A stretch of DNA of 64,000 nt from Bacteroidales bacterium (GTDB taxonomy: Bacteria; Bacteroidota; Bacteroidia; Bacteroidales; VadinHA17): contig DATKTA010000032.1 of assembly GCA_035531395.1 (NCBI GenBank), positions 146,033 to 210,032 on the forward strand, written 5' to 3'. The first letter of the stretch is position 1. Each line of letters begins with the position of its first letter. The translations under genes were made by a program, and so were the position numbers. The notes below the pieces were generated by a model, which saw nothing but the letters and a program-made list of their open reading frames with translations, had not been told where the DNA came from and did no database searches. Below are positions 9,926-18,812 of this stretch, piece after piece.

Positions 9926-11080
9926 ATGACAAAATACACTGTAGGAATAATAATGAACGGTGTTACAGGCAGGATGGGAACCAACCAGCACCTGCTCCGT
10001 TCAATAGTTGAAATAATAAAGGAGGGAGGAGTTAAGCTCAACCCGGGTGAAACAATAATGCCCGATCCGGTTCTTGTTGGCCGTGATGAGAATAAGCTTA
10101 AAAAGCTTTGCTCCATAACAGGTATAACTAAGATGACCACCGATCTTGATTCTGTACTTAATGATCCCTCATATTCAGTCTATTTTGATGCGCAGACAAC
10201 CGGCAGGAGAGCAGATGCTGTCAGAAAAGCAGTCAGGGCAGGTAAGCACATCTATTGTGAGAAGCCAGTTGCTGTGAGTACTGAGGTTGCCATGGAGCTG
10301 TATACTCTATGTAAAAAAGCAGGAGCTAAGAACGGTGTTGTGCAGGATAAGTTATGGCTTCCTGGGATCATCAAATTAAAAAGGCTGATCCAGCAGGGAT
10401 TCTTTGGCAGGATCCTTTCTGTAAGAGGTGAATTCGGCTACTGGGTTTTTGAGGGTGATACAATAGCTGCCCAGAGGCCTTCATGGAACTATCGTAAGGA
10501 AGATGACGGAGGTATCATAGTTGACATGTTGTGCCACTGGCGCTACGTGCTCGATAATGTATTTGGAAAAGTTAAGGCTGTTTCATGTCTGGGTGCCACA
10601 CATATCGAAAAAAGGGTTGATGAGAATGGTAAGGGATATAAATGTACTGCCGACGATTCTGCTTATGCTACGTTTGAACTGGAGAATGGTATTATAGCAC
10701 ATTTCAATTCATCATGGGCAGTCAGGGTACGTCGAGATGACCTCCTTACACTGCAGGTAGATGGCACAAAAGGATCAGCAGTTGCAGGTCTTCGTGAATG
10801 CTATATTCAGCATTATGGCAATACTCCAAAACCTGTATGGAATCCGGATATCCCGCAACCAATCAATTTCTTTGAAGGGTGGTCGAAAGTACCCGAGCAG
10901 GAGGTTTATGAAAATGCCTTCAAGGTCCAGTGGGAGCTATTCCTTAAGCATGTGGTTAAAGATGAGCCCTTTCCGTGGGATCTGCGCGAGGGTGCAAAAG
11001 GTGTTCAGCTTGCTGAAAAGGGTCTGGATAGCTGGGCAGGAAGATGCTGGGTTGATATACCTGAACTTAAAAACTTTTAA
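9926..11080 (+). CDS. Gfo/Idh/MocA-family NAD(P)-dependent oxidoreductase, cytoplasmic
   Basis: N-terminal Rossmann block VGIIMNGVTGRMG and the EKP motif (YCEKPVA). Length of 384 aa fits the family. No signal peptide. Confidence 0.9.
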   Translation: MTKYTVGIIMNGVTGRMGTNQHLLRSIVEIIKEGGVKLNPGETIMPDPVLVGRDENKLKKLCSITGITKMTTDLDSVLNDPSYSVYFDAQTTGRRADAVRKAVRAGKHIYCEKPVAVSTEVAMELYTLCKKAGAKNGVVQDKLWLPGIIKLKRLIQQGFFGRILSVRGEFGYWVFEGDTIAAQRPSWNYRKEDDGGIIVDMLCHWRYVLDNVFGKVKAVSCLGATHIEKRVDENGKGYKCTADDSAYATFELENGIIAHFNSSWAVRVRRDDLLTLQVDGTKGSAVAGLRECYIQHYGNTPKPVWNPDIPQPINFFEGWSKVPEQEVYENAFKVQWELFLKHVVKDEPFPWDLREGAKGVQLAEKGLDSWAGRCWVDIPELKNF

Positions 11081-11090
11081 AACAGATATT

Positions 11091-12101
11091 ATGAAAACTA
11101 CACGCAGGAATTTCATTTCAAAATCAGTTCTGACAGCAACTGGTATAACAGCCGGCTTCAAATCGGGCCTCTTAAACGGAGCTGCTCTCAATTATTATGA
11201 TACATCTGTTGTTCTTCCGGCAGCAGCTGATTCTGAGGCTTTTAAAATCAGTGTATTCTCAAAACATTTTCATTGGCTTGATTACAATAAGATGGCAGAA
11301 GCACTTGTTGAGATTGGCTTTGATGGTGCCGATCTGACAGTCAGACCCGGAGGACATGTTCTGCCTGAAAATGTTGTGCAGGATCTTCCTAAAGCTGCTG
11401 AAGCCCTGGCAAAAAAAAGCAAAAAGATATATATGATCACAACTGCTATACGCGATGCAGATGATCCTGTAACTGATAAGATACTTAAAACTTGCTCCGA
11501 GCTTGGAATTAGGCACTACCGTATGGACTGGGGTCATTACGATAATACAAAGTCTGTTGAAGAGAATATGGCAATCATGCAGACAAAGCTTGAAAAACTT
11601 GCCAGAATGAATGAAAAATATTCTGTCTCCGGTGAATACCAGAATCATTCAGGAGTGGCAAGAGAAGGGATCTATTTCGGAGGTGCAATATGGGATACCG
11701 CTATGGTTCTCAAAGCTGTGAATTCAAAATGGGTTGGTGCTCAATATGATGTTTTTCATGCTTCTATAGAAGGTGCGAACACCTGGCCGGTAGGACTTAA
11801 GTTAATCAGTCCATATATACGGTCAATTGATATAAAGGATTTTGACTGGGTGAAGGAAGAAGGAAAGACAAAGTCAGAGTCAGTTCCTCTTGGAACAGGC
11901 CGTGTCGATTTCAAAAGGTATTTCGCTATGCTCAGGGAAATGAAGATCAGTGTTCCTGTATCCATCCACTATGAATATCCGCTTGGAGGAGCGGAGAACG
12001 GAGCAACTCAGCTGACAATAAAAAAAGAAGATTTATTCTCAGCGATGAAAAGAGATCTTGCTATACTGAAGGGTTATCTGAAAGAAGCGGGACTGGTATA
12101 G
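11091..12101 (+). CDS. Tat-exported xylose-isomerase-like TIM-barrel protein
   Basis: Twin-arginine leader MKTTRRNFISKSVLTATGITAGF. AP_endonuc_2-like body (GFDGADLTVRPGGHV, YQNHSG, YDVFHA). The track ORF from 10761 is an out-of-frame-overlap artefact; ATG 11091 lies 10 nt after the upstream stop. Confidence 0.85.
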   Translation: MKTTRRNFISKSVLTATGITAGFKSGLLNGAALNYYDTSVVLPAAADSEAFKISVFSKHFHWLDYNKMAEALVEIGFDGADLTVRPGGHVLPENVVQDLPKAAEALAKKSKKIYMITTAIRDADDPVTDKILKTCSELGIRHYRMDWGHYDNTKSVEENMAIMQTKLEKLARMNEKYSVSGEYQNHSGVAREGIYFGGAIWDTAMVLKAVNSKWVGAQYDVFHASIEGANTWPVGLKLISPYIRSIDIKDFDWVKEEGKTKSESVPLGTGRVDFKRYFAMLREMKISVPVSIHYEYPLGGAENGATQLTIKKEDLFSAMKRDLAILKGYLKEAGLV

Positions 12102-12112
12102 GGTGTATATAG

Positions 12113-12143
12113 GGGAGATCCCTCGCTTTGCTCGGGATGACAC
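12113..12143. repeat. Short inverted copy of the GTCATyCCGAG...CGAGGrATCTyCC REP family
   Basis: The reverse complement gtgtcatcccgagcaaagcgagggatctc shares both ends with the 71-nt units at 12229-12405. Confidence 0.6.
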
Positions 12144-12158
12144 TTCATTATATAAAAA

Positions 12159-12215
12159 ATATGTGAAAGGAGGAGGCAATTTGCCACTGGCAAATTGCCT
12201 CCTCCTTTCACATAT
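12159..12215. terminator. Perfect 28-bp-arm palindrome; likely bidirectional terminator between convergent genes
   Basis: atatgtgaaaggaggaggcaatttgcca (12159-12186), then c, then tggcaaattgcctcctcctttcacatat (12188-12215). It is flanked by an A-run upstream and sits between a + gene ending at 12101 and a - gene ending at 12450. Confidence 0.7.
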
Positions 12216-12228
12216 CACCTTCATTTGA

Positions 12229-12405
12229 CTGTCATTCCGAGTTCCGCTTCAGCGGGACGAGGAATCTTCCCGGTGTTTCACTCGTTTATCTTTTATAACC
12301 TGTTATCCCGCATTTCCATTTAGCGGGACGAGGAATCTTCCCGGTGTTTCACTCGTTTATCTTGAATAACCTGTCATCCCTAATTTCCGTTCAGCGGGAT
12401 GGATG
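12229..12405. repeat. 71-nt tandem repeat, about 2.5 copies (REP family, variable head and constant tail)
   Basis: The identical core agcgggacgaggaatcttcccggtgtttcactcgtttatctt occurs at 12251-12292 and 12322-12363. A third partial copy starts at 12393. The period is exactly 71 nt. Confidence 0.9.
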
Positions 12406-12449
12406 GATTTGAAATGAGCAAGAGGTCAAAAGAAATATTTTTCACATAA

Positions 12450-13931
12450 TCAGTTATTTTGCTGTATCATTATGTCGCCAATATAATACCAGCCATCATC
12501 ATTAGCACCTGAAATAGCCAGTTTCACTCTTGGTTCAAAAGAAACCGGTGATACTATTGCTATCTCAATTTTGTAGTTTCCTGCCTGCATATCATGAGGG
12601 ACGTACAGGATTTCATCATGTACAATATCACCTGGAAACCAGTCAGGCAGATATGCACTGGTGACAAGTATCTTTGTCTCCTTTTCATTCTTTAAACGGA
12701 CAGCAAATTTATAATCCTTGTAGATTGGAGCAACTCCCTTGTTTTCCCACCAGCTGGTAATTGGCAGCTGTCCCTGAAGTTTAACAGAAGAAGGATATGT
12801 AAATCTGCGCAAAACAAACCGGTAACCCATTTTGTTAAGCCATTCATTTACCAGTGGAGAATATATTTCAGGGACTGCAGAACTTTTGGCATTAAAAGAC
12901 GATATATGCCATTTAAGGGCCTGCTCAAAAATGTATTTCACGGTATCTTTATTATATTTCTCTTTCTCCAGCCATCTCAGAAAGGTACCACAGATTTCCA
13001 TTGTGACTGGTGCTTTTTTCCATGCCTCATTCATTCCACTTTTCACTATATCGCGTGGATAAATATCAGTCATATGATTCCAGTCAGGCCAGAATCCCAT
13101 ATCACCCAGGCAGTCGAGGCGCCAGCCAAGGTGGCGCATCTGAGGGCCGGTTCCGTTATTCCGCCCATCAGGCCAGAATGCTGCAATATTTGTATTTTTT
13201 ACCAGTACTCCTGCATCAGGAGCGTCGCCGTTGAGTGGCTGAAATGTTAAGAATGTCTTGTTAAAATTGTCCAGGTAGACATTTATTAAAGCAACCCGGG
13301 TCTGTTCGGTCAGCAGATGAGTCCCTTCACCTTCTCCCCAGTATCCGACAAGTGAAACATCAACCGATTCAAGATCGGGATGCCCGTCGTACCTTTCTCC
13401 CAATGCTCTAATCATACCACCGTAATACTTTAAGTAATTTGGATCTTCGTGATCAACTCTCCATTTTGCAATTTTAGATGGCACTTCTCTTCCGACAATT
13501 TTCCTGTACCATCCGGGTACATCTACTTCAGAGTTATAAGGAGGAATCCGAAGCATCAGAGTTTGTCCACGTTCAGCTGCAGTCTTCAAGGCTTTGTCGA
13601 TCATTGCCCAGTTATATTGTCCTTGTTCCGGTTCAACGAAATTCCAGTAAACTCTGAAGTAGGCAATGCTTGTCTGTGGATGGTCTTTGTTGATGAGGCT
13701 TCCATTAAAATCCTGGTATACAATAGGATATCCTTCTGTCCAACCCATTCCATCATTCAGCTTATCTCCGTTAAACCGCTGAAAGGTCATGAATCCGATT
13801 CCCGGATTATTAAGAACATCATGAATTTCTACAGGTTTCACAATCTTTAAGATAGCTGCCTCCTGGCCAGAACTTAGAGTCAGTCCGGGGAAAAAACAAA
13901 TTGAATAAAATAAAAATACCTTCTTTAACAT
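12450..13931 (-). CDS. Secreted glycoside-hydrolase-like TIM-barrel protein (DUF4874/DUF4832-like, clan GH-A-like)
   Basis: Signal peptide MLKKVFLFYSICFFPGLTLSSG. NPGIGF and YFRVYWNFVEPEQGQYNW blocks are typical of this GH-like group. Start taken at the internal Met (the ORF extends to 13967). Confidence 0.5.
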   Translation of the reverse strand: MLKKVFLFYSICFFPGLTLSSGQEAAILKIVKPVEIHDVLNNPGIGFMTFQRFNGDKLNDGMGWTEGYPIVYQDFNGSLINKDHPQTSIAYFRVYWNFVEPEQGQYNWAMIDKALKTAAERGQTLMLRIPPYNSEVDVPGWYRKIVGREVPSKIAKWRVDHEDPNYLKYYGGMIRALGERYDGHPDLESVDVSLVGYWGEGEGTHLLTEQTRVALINVYLDNFNKTFLTFQPLNGDAPDAGVLVKNTNIAAFWPDGRNNGTGPQMRHLGWRLDCLGDMGFWPDWNHMTDIYPRDIVKSGMNEAWKKAPVTMEICGTFLRWLEKEKYNKDTVKYIFEQALKWHISSFNAKSSAVPEIYSPLVNEWLNKMGYRFVLRRFTYPSSVKLQGQLPITSWWENKGVAPIYKDYKFAVRLKNEKETKILVTSAYLPDWFPGDIVHDEILYVPHDMQAGNYKIEIAIVSPVSFEPRVKLAISGANDDGWYYIGDIMIQQNN

Positions 13932-14032
13932 ATTGATAATATTAAGTTTGGTTGATCTGTTTATCATTTTAGCATCTGTAATCTCACTCTCTGAAAGCTT
14001 TAAAATATGTTATAAAACATAATTTGTAGCTA

Positions 14033-15331
14033 TTACTTCAGCCACTTGTCGAACCAGTCGAATGCCTCTTTCTGCATTTTTGCATCGAACTTGTGTTTGC
14101 CGGGATAGAAGGAACATTTGTATTTATCTGATGCTCCGGCCTTCTGATATACTTCCTGCAGTACTTTATCTGCAGCATTCATCTCAGGAACGGTATACAG
14201 GTCATCGTCTGTATCATTCAGAACAAGTGTTGGCAGTGGAACCCTTAAGCCAAGAATCTCAGGGAAATCGAGTTCATTTGGAAGTATCGGAACATAGGTC
14301 ATCCAGGTATGGGTAAATGATTTATTCAGTACAAAGTCCTTCCAGGTTGTCATAAATCCTACACAAACAGCACACTTGATCCTGCTGTCGAGTCCGCCTG
14401 TAAAGACCGTCCTCATGCCACCACCTGAAAGTCCGCCGCACCCTATCTTATCTTTTATTACATCCTTTCTTGAGCTGAGGATATCAAGCGCAATCCTGTC
14501 TTCTGCCATAAATACTCCTGGCCATGTAGTTCCTGCACTGAAAAGAGATTTTGCCATAATATGCTCATGGTTGCCAGCCCACTGGTTGTATGCTGCTATG
14601 TTTTTTGGATCCTCCGGATTTTCATCTGTATGTCCTTCACGAAATCTTTCCGGAATATCCTCCATCCATACCCTTCGGCTTGCAAATGGGAATGCGTCGG
14701 ATACAAGCACGACATATCCTCTTCTGGCTATCTCATTTGCCCAGGCTTTTCCACTATAATAATTCATCTGATGATCTTTCATTAACGGATGCTGGCCTTC
14801 GCCAGTGCGTGTTATCTTCCTGGTGCCGAAGTACTTGTTACCTCCATGATCATGAAAAGCCAGGATTCCCGGCAGAGGAGCTTTTGCATCTGCAGGTTTT
14901 AAAAGGATAGCTTCTGTAGGACGTCCATAAGGCAGTTTCCATGTAAGTTCTTCAATATGCAAACCTTCCCATATATATTGTTTTTTTACAACTACCTCCG
15001 GGGCTGAACCAATATCAGGAATAGCAAGTCTGTCTCTTATTTTTGCTTCCGCTGCCTGGTGCCATTTCTTAATATCATTCCACTCTTTCCTCCTGAAAGA
15101 GAGTGAAGGCATCTTATTATTTGCAAGTGTTGTTGCCCAGGGTCCGTATTGCCCTATCAGGCTGAGGCTTTCTTGTTGTGTCATGTTATTCAGGTTGTTA
15201 AAAGATATTTTTCCAGGTAAGTCAGTTATGCTTTCATTTGTTGATGACAGACCATCTGTGAATCTGCTGCCGGCTATTGTTAATCCTGCCATACCGGCAT
15301 ATTTAATAAATTTTCTTCTGCTGTTTTTCAT
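14033..15331 (-). CDS. Tat-exported alpha/beta-hydrolase (esterase, acetylxylan-esterase/dienelactone-hydrolase-like)
   Basis: Twin-arginine leader MKNSRRKFIKYAGMAGLTIAGS. Nucleophile elbow GGLSGGG (GxSxG). FHDHGG block. Confidence 0.75.
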   Translation of the reverse strand: MKNSRRKFIKYAGMAGLTIAGSRFTDGLSSTNESITDLPGKISFNNLNNMTQQESLSLIGQYGPWATTLANNKMPSLSFRRKEWNDIKKWHQAAEAKIRDRLAIPDIGSAPEVVVKKQYIWEGLHIEELTWKLPYGRPTEAILLKPADAKAPLPGILAFHDHGGNKYFGTRKITRTGEGQHPLMKDHQMNYYSGKAWANEIARRGYVVLVSDAFPFASRRVWMEDIPERFREGHTDENPEDPKNIAAYNQWAGNHEHIMAKSLFSAGTTWPGVFMAEDRIALDILSSRKDVIKDKIGCGGLSGGGMRTVFTGGLDSRIKCAVCVGFMTTWKDFVLNKSFTHTWMTYVPILPNELDFPEILGLRVPLPTLVLNDTDDDLYTVPEMNAADKVLQEVYQKAGASDKYKCSFYPGKHKFDAKMQKEAFDWFDKWLK

Positions 15332-15439
15332 GTCGTTCTGCTTTTAAATTATTAATGCAGCTTGAAGGTACAATAAAATTGGAATTATTATTTATTTTCA
15401 ATATTCATATCTTTATATTAGACCTTTAACAAAATAAGA

Positions 15440-17716
15440 ATGAAATATTTAAGACTTTCGTTACTGCTGATTTTGATAAGCCTCCTGTGGATGTGTACCG
15501 AATCTTTTCATAAACAATCTTTTACAAAGAGTGATTTTGTTAATCCTCCAATCAGTTTCTGGCCTCGTCCCTTATTTTTCTGGAATAACACCAATGTTGA
15601 GGAGGATGTTCTTCTGGAACAGATGCAGGCACTTAAAGATCAATGTGGCTATGGAGGATTTGGTGTTGTTCCCTTCGGAAAGAATTTCAAACCTGAATAT
15701 CTTTCCGAGGAATATCTGAAGTTATATGGAAAAATGCTTGAGAAGGCAAAGGATTTGGGAATGACAATTAGTCTTTATGACGAATTCGGATTTCCCAGCG
15801 GATCGGTAGGTGCCTTTGCAGAAGGCGACGGGAAACCGCGTTTTCAGCAAAAATATCCTGAGATGACAATACAAAGACTCGATAAAGCGGAAGAAGAGAT
15901 AACAGGTCCTGTGGTTTACAGGAAAGAAGCGCCTGCTGGAAAACTTATGGGTGCCGTTGCAATGGAAGTAAACAACAAGGAACGGATTGATATTACTGAT
16001 AATATTACCGATGGACTTCTTAAATGGGACGTCCCGCCTGGTAAATGGAAAATCATGTTCTTCAATTGTGTGATCGATGGTAACCCGCTAGCAGATTATC
16101 TCAATCCGGAAGCTGTCAGCTATTTTACCAAGATGGTACATGATGTTTACTATGCACGTTTCAAAGATTATTTCGGATCAGTTATTTATGGGACCTTTTT
16201 TGATGAGCCTTCTATGTTCCGTGCAGACTTTCGTATGTGGACTGAAAGATTTAATGAAAAATTCGAGGATAAATATCGGTTTAGTCCTATAATCCTGTAT
16301 CCTGCTATGTGGTATGACATTGGTCCTGAAACAGAATCAGCCAGGAATTATTTATTTGGCTTCAGGGGTGAACTGTTTTCCCTCGGTTTCCCCAGGGTAG
16401 TCAGTGACTGGTCCATGGCTCATGGAATATCTGCGACCGGCCATGTAGCACCAGAAGAGGCTTTTGTTCCTGCTAATTCATCCGGCGACCTGATGAAGAC
16501 TTTTAAGTACCTTGAAATTCCAGGCATCGATAAGATAGGGGGACACCGTCCTGCAGAAAGATTCTATAAATTGATCAGTTCCTCAGCGTATAACTGGGAT
16601 AAGAAACTGGTGATGTCTGAAACCTTCGGAGCCATGCCAAATTATGATGAGCCTGGAGATCTCTCATGGAATGATATATGGTCAATTGCCAATGACCAGT
16701 ACTCCAAAGGTATAAATATGCTTATCCCTCACGCTGTTTGGTATGATAATACCCGGGTAACATATAAGCCGGAGCTTTCATACCGTAATCCGCTTTATGC
16801 AGATAGCCTGAAGGCTTTCACAACTTATCTTTCAAGACTCAATGTTATTTTGCAGGCTGGAGGAAGGCATGTGGCAGATATTGCGGTACTTTATCCGATT
16901 CATTCACTTCTTGGAGACCACTATTTCTACACTGAAACTGGTCCTGCCAATGTTGACGGTTGGGTGGATCCCAAAAACAAGTTCTTTAATGATGCAGTCT
17001 CAAAAATTGATTACATAAATATTGGAGAATGGCTTATCAATGGTAATGGCCTCGATTTCACATATATCCATCCTGAAACTCTGGATGAGAAATGCATTGT
17101 TTCCGGAAGTAGTCTGATTATGGATAACAATTCAAACAAAGAGAGTTATAAGGTCCTTATTCTTCCTTCATGTTCATTGATCTCATCTGGTAATCTCAGG
17201 AAAGTTACCGATTATTTTAATTCAGGAGGGATGGTTCTGTTTACAGCCCGGTTGCCGCATAAAGCATGTGAAAGAGGAAATGATAAGGAAATAGAAACTC
17301 TGATGAGATCAATCTTCCCACAGCTTGAAGACGATGCCTGGGATTTAATCGTAAACGAAAATGGAGGTAAAGCTTGTTTCATCCCTGATCCGGATGCTGT
17401 AAGCCTGTTGGAAATTCTGTATGGCTCAGAAATAGAATTTGATGTCAGTTACCCGTTGAATTCAGGTATTCAATATATCCATAAAGTAACCGGTAACAGG
17501 AATGTCTATTTTATTGCCAATATCGGGAAAGGGAATATTCAGTCAGAAGTAAAACTCAGAGGTAAAATGACTCTTGAAGAGTGGGATCCACATACTGGAG
17601 GGATAAGAGAAACTGAGACTGTGTACGAAAGAAACGAAACTTCAGGATCAGTTTTCACTCTTGTATCACTGAACCTGAAGCCTTTTCATTCAACATTTCT
17701 TGTAGAGAAAGAGTAG
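15440..17716 (+). CDS. Putative glycoside hydrolase (GH106-like / glycosylhydrolase-like jelly-roll family), lipoprotein
   Basis: 758 aa. Signal ending in Cys (LLWMC). N-terminal FVNPPISFWPRPLFFWNN and YDEFGFPSG blocks, as I recall for this family. The family assignment is tentative. Confidence 0.5.
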   Translation: MKYLRLSLLLILISLLWMCTESFHKQSFTKSDFVNPPISFWPRPLFFWNNTNVEEDVLLEQMQALKDQCGYGGFGVVPFGKNFKPEYLSEEYLKLYGKMLEKAKDLGMTISLYDEFGFPSGSVGAFAEGDGKPRFQQKYPEMTIQRLDKAEEEITGPVVYRKEAPAGKLMGAVAMEVNNKERIDITDNITDGLLKWDVPPGKWKIMFFNCVIDGNPLADYLNPEAVSYFTKMVHDVYYARFKDYFGSVIYGTFFDEPSMFRADFRMWTERFNEKFEDKYRFSPIILYPAMWYDIGPETESARNYLFGFRGELFSLGFPRVVSDWSMAHGISATGHVAPEEAFVPANSSGDLMKTFKYLEIPGIDKIGGHRPAERFYKLISSSAYNWDKKLVMSETFGAMPNYDEPGDLSWNDIWSIANDQYSKGINMLIPHAVWYDNTRVTYKPELSYRNPLYADSLKAFTTYLSRLNVILQAGGRHVADIAVLYPIHSLLGDHYFYTETGPANVDGWVDPKNKFFNDAVSKIDYINIGEWLINGNGLDFTYIHPETLDEKCIVSGSSLIMDNNSNKESYKVLILPSCSLISSGNLRKVTDYFNSGGMVLFTARLPHKACERGNDKEIETLMRSIFPQLEDDAWDLIVNENGGKACFIPDPDAVSLLEILYGSEIEFDVSYPLNSGIQYIHKVTGNRNVYFIANIGKGNIQSEVKLRGKMTLEEWDPHTGGIRETETVYERNETSGSVFTLVSLNLKPFHSTFLVEKE

Positions 17717-17726
17717 CAGATATTAG

Positions 17727-18800
17727 TTATTTTACTAATTTTCTGATAGTTGGCTCAAGGGCTTCTGCAATTCGCATCATGCCGATATCATTTGGATGGA
17801 CTCCATCGACAGTGCCCTCATAGTCATAACCAATCAGATCATCTCCCTTCCGGTAATAGAGGTTTTTAATCCCGGCATTCTTAAGCGATTCATAAGCTCT
17901 TTTCAGTTCAAGATTCTTTTTTGCATTTTCTGCATCTGAAGGCTTTGTGAAGCCGTTATTATAAGGATAAGCCTCTACCAGTAAAACAGGAACCTCCGGC
18001 CTCTCCCTGTGAAGCTTCATAACAAGTTCAACTGCCCTGTCATAAATAAGTTCCTTTCTGGTATTAGGGTTACAATCTATTACAAATAATGCTGCATCAG
18101 TTTCACATAGAGCATCCCCGACAGAGAGGTCAAAAGTACCATTTCCGCTAAAGCCCATGTTTATAAAAGGACGATCCATAGACCTTGCAAGGATATTAGT
18201 GAATAATAGTCCCGGCCTTGAAGCACAGCCACCCTGGGCGATGCTGCTGCCATAATAAACAACAGGTTTTTTAGAGATGAGGTGCTTATCCTGGGGAACT
18301 GTTATTGAGGAATTGCTGCTAATACCTATCGAAACTGTATCAGCCCCGTCATAAAGTGGCAGGTTTAGCAAATATTCCCTGTAAACTTCTCCTGCACCTC
18401 TTACCATCATAAATTCATTACTCTTACCTTTTACCCTTCCGGTATTTATGTACTTCCATTTTCCATCCACTAATGAATAGAGATCAACACCTTTGATCCC
18501 GGTGAATGGCATATGATCCATAACAGCATCATTTTTAACACTCCAGCGTATAGAAATAAAAGGAGAGTTTGAACGGAACCTTATCGAAATGCCGGAAGAG
18601 TGCTGTCCCAGGCTCCAGACCTCATCCCTTAATGTATTTTCATACCTGGCAGGGAACCGGGCATAGTTCTTTTCTGAATGAAATCTTCCTATTATGGTAA
18701 ATTGCTGTCCATCATAAAATTTAATAGTGTCATTTGTCTGGGCCTCTGTTGAGACAATACCTGTCACCATTAGCAGGACGATACTGAATAATACTTTCAT
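17727..18800 (-). CDS. SGNH/GDSL hydrolase with N-terminal GxDLY domain (carbohydrate acetyl-esterase-like)
   Basis: GIKGVDLY (GxDLY domain), YYGSSIAQGGCASRPG (block I Ser) and DGVHPND (the DxxH catalytic pair). Signal peptide present. Confidence 0.85.
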   Translation of the reverse strand: MKVLFSIVLLMVTGIVSTEAQTNDTIKFYDGQQFTIIGRFHSEKNYARFPARYENTLRDEVWSLGQHSSGISIRFRSNSPFISIRWSVKNDAVMDHMPFTGIKGVDLYSLVDGKWKYINTGRVKGKSNEFMMVRGAGEVYREYLLNLPLYDGADTVSIGISSNSSITVPQDKHLISKKPVVYYGSSIAQGGCASRPGLLFTNILARSMDRPFINMGFSGNGTFDLSVGDALCETDAALFVIDCNPNTRKELIYDRAVELVMKLHRERPEVPVLLVEAYPYNNGFTKPSDAENAKKNLELKRAYESLKNAGIKNLYYRKGDDLIGYDYEGTVDGVHPNDIGMMRIAEALEPTIRKLVK

Positions 18801-18812
18801 AATCTGTTTATT

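Noticed and set aside
9799-10140. 113-aa minus-strand ORF
   Set aside because: It runs antisense to the Gfo/Idh/MocA N-terminus and through the CACAGAG palindromic element. It has no motifs.
10761-11090. N-terminal 110 codons of track ORF 10761-12101
   Set aside because: This stretch overlaps the 3' end of the Gfo/Idh/MocA gene in another frame. An in-frame ATG at 11091 gives a classical Tat leader 10 nt after the upstream stop.
12039-12224. 61-aa minus-strand ORF spanning the large palindrome
   Set aside because: It is made of the palindrome and REP sequence, with no coding signal. It is a typical spurious call over repeats.
12229-12405. CRISPR-like geometry (42-nt constant segment alternating with a roughly 29-nt variable segment, period 71)
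   Set aside because: The variable segments are diverged versions of one another (cctgtcattccgagttccgcttc / cctgttatcccgcatttccattt / cctgtcatccctaatttccgttc). There are only about 2.5 units and no cas genes. This is tandem duplication of a REP unit, not a spacer array.
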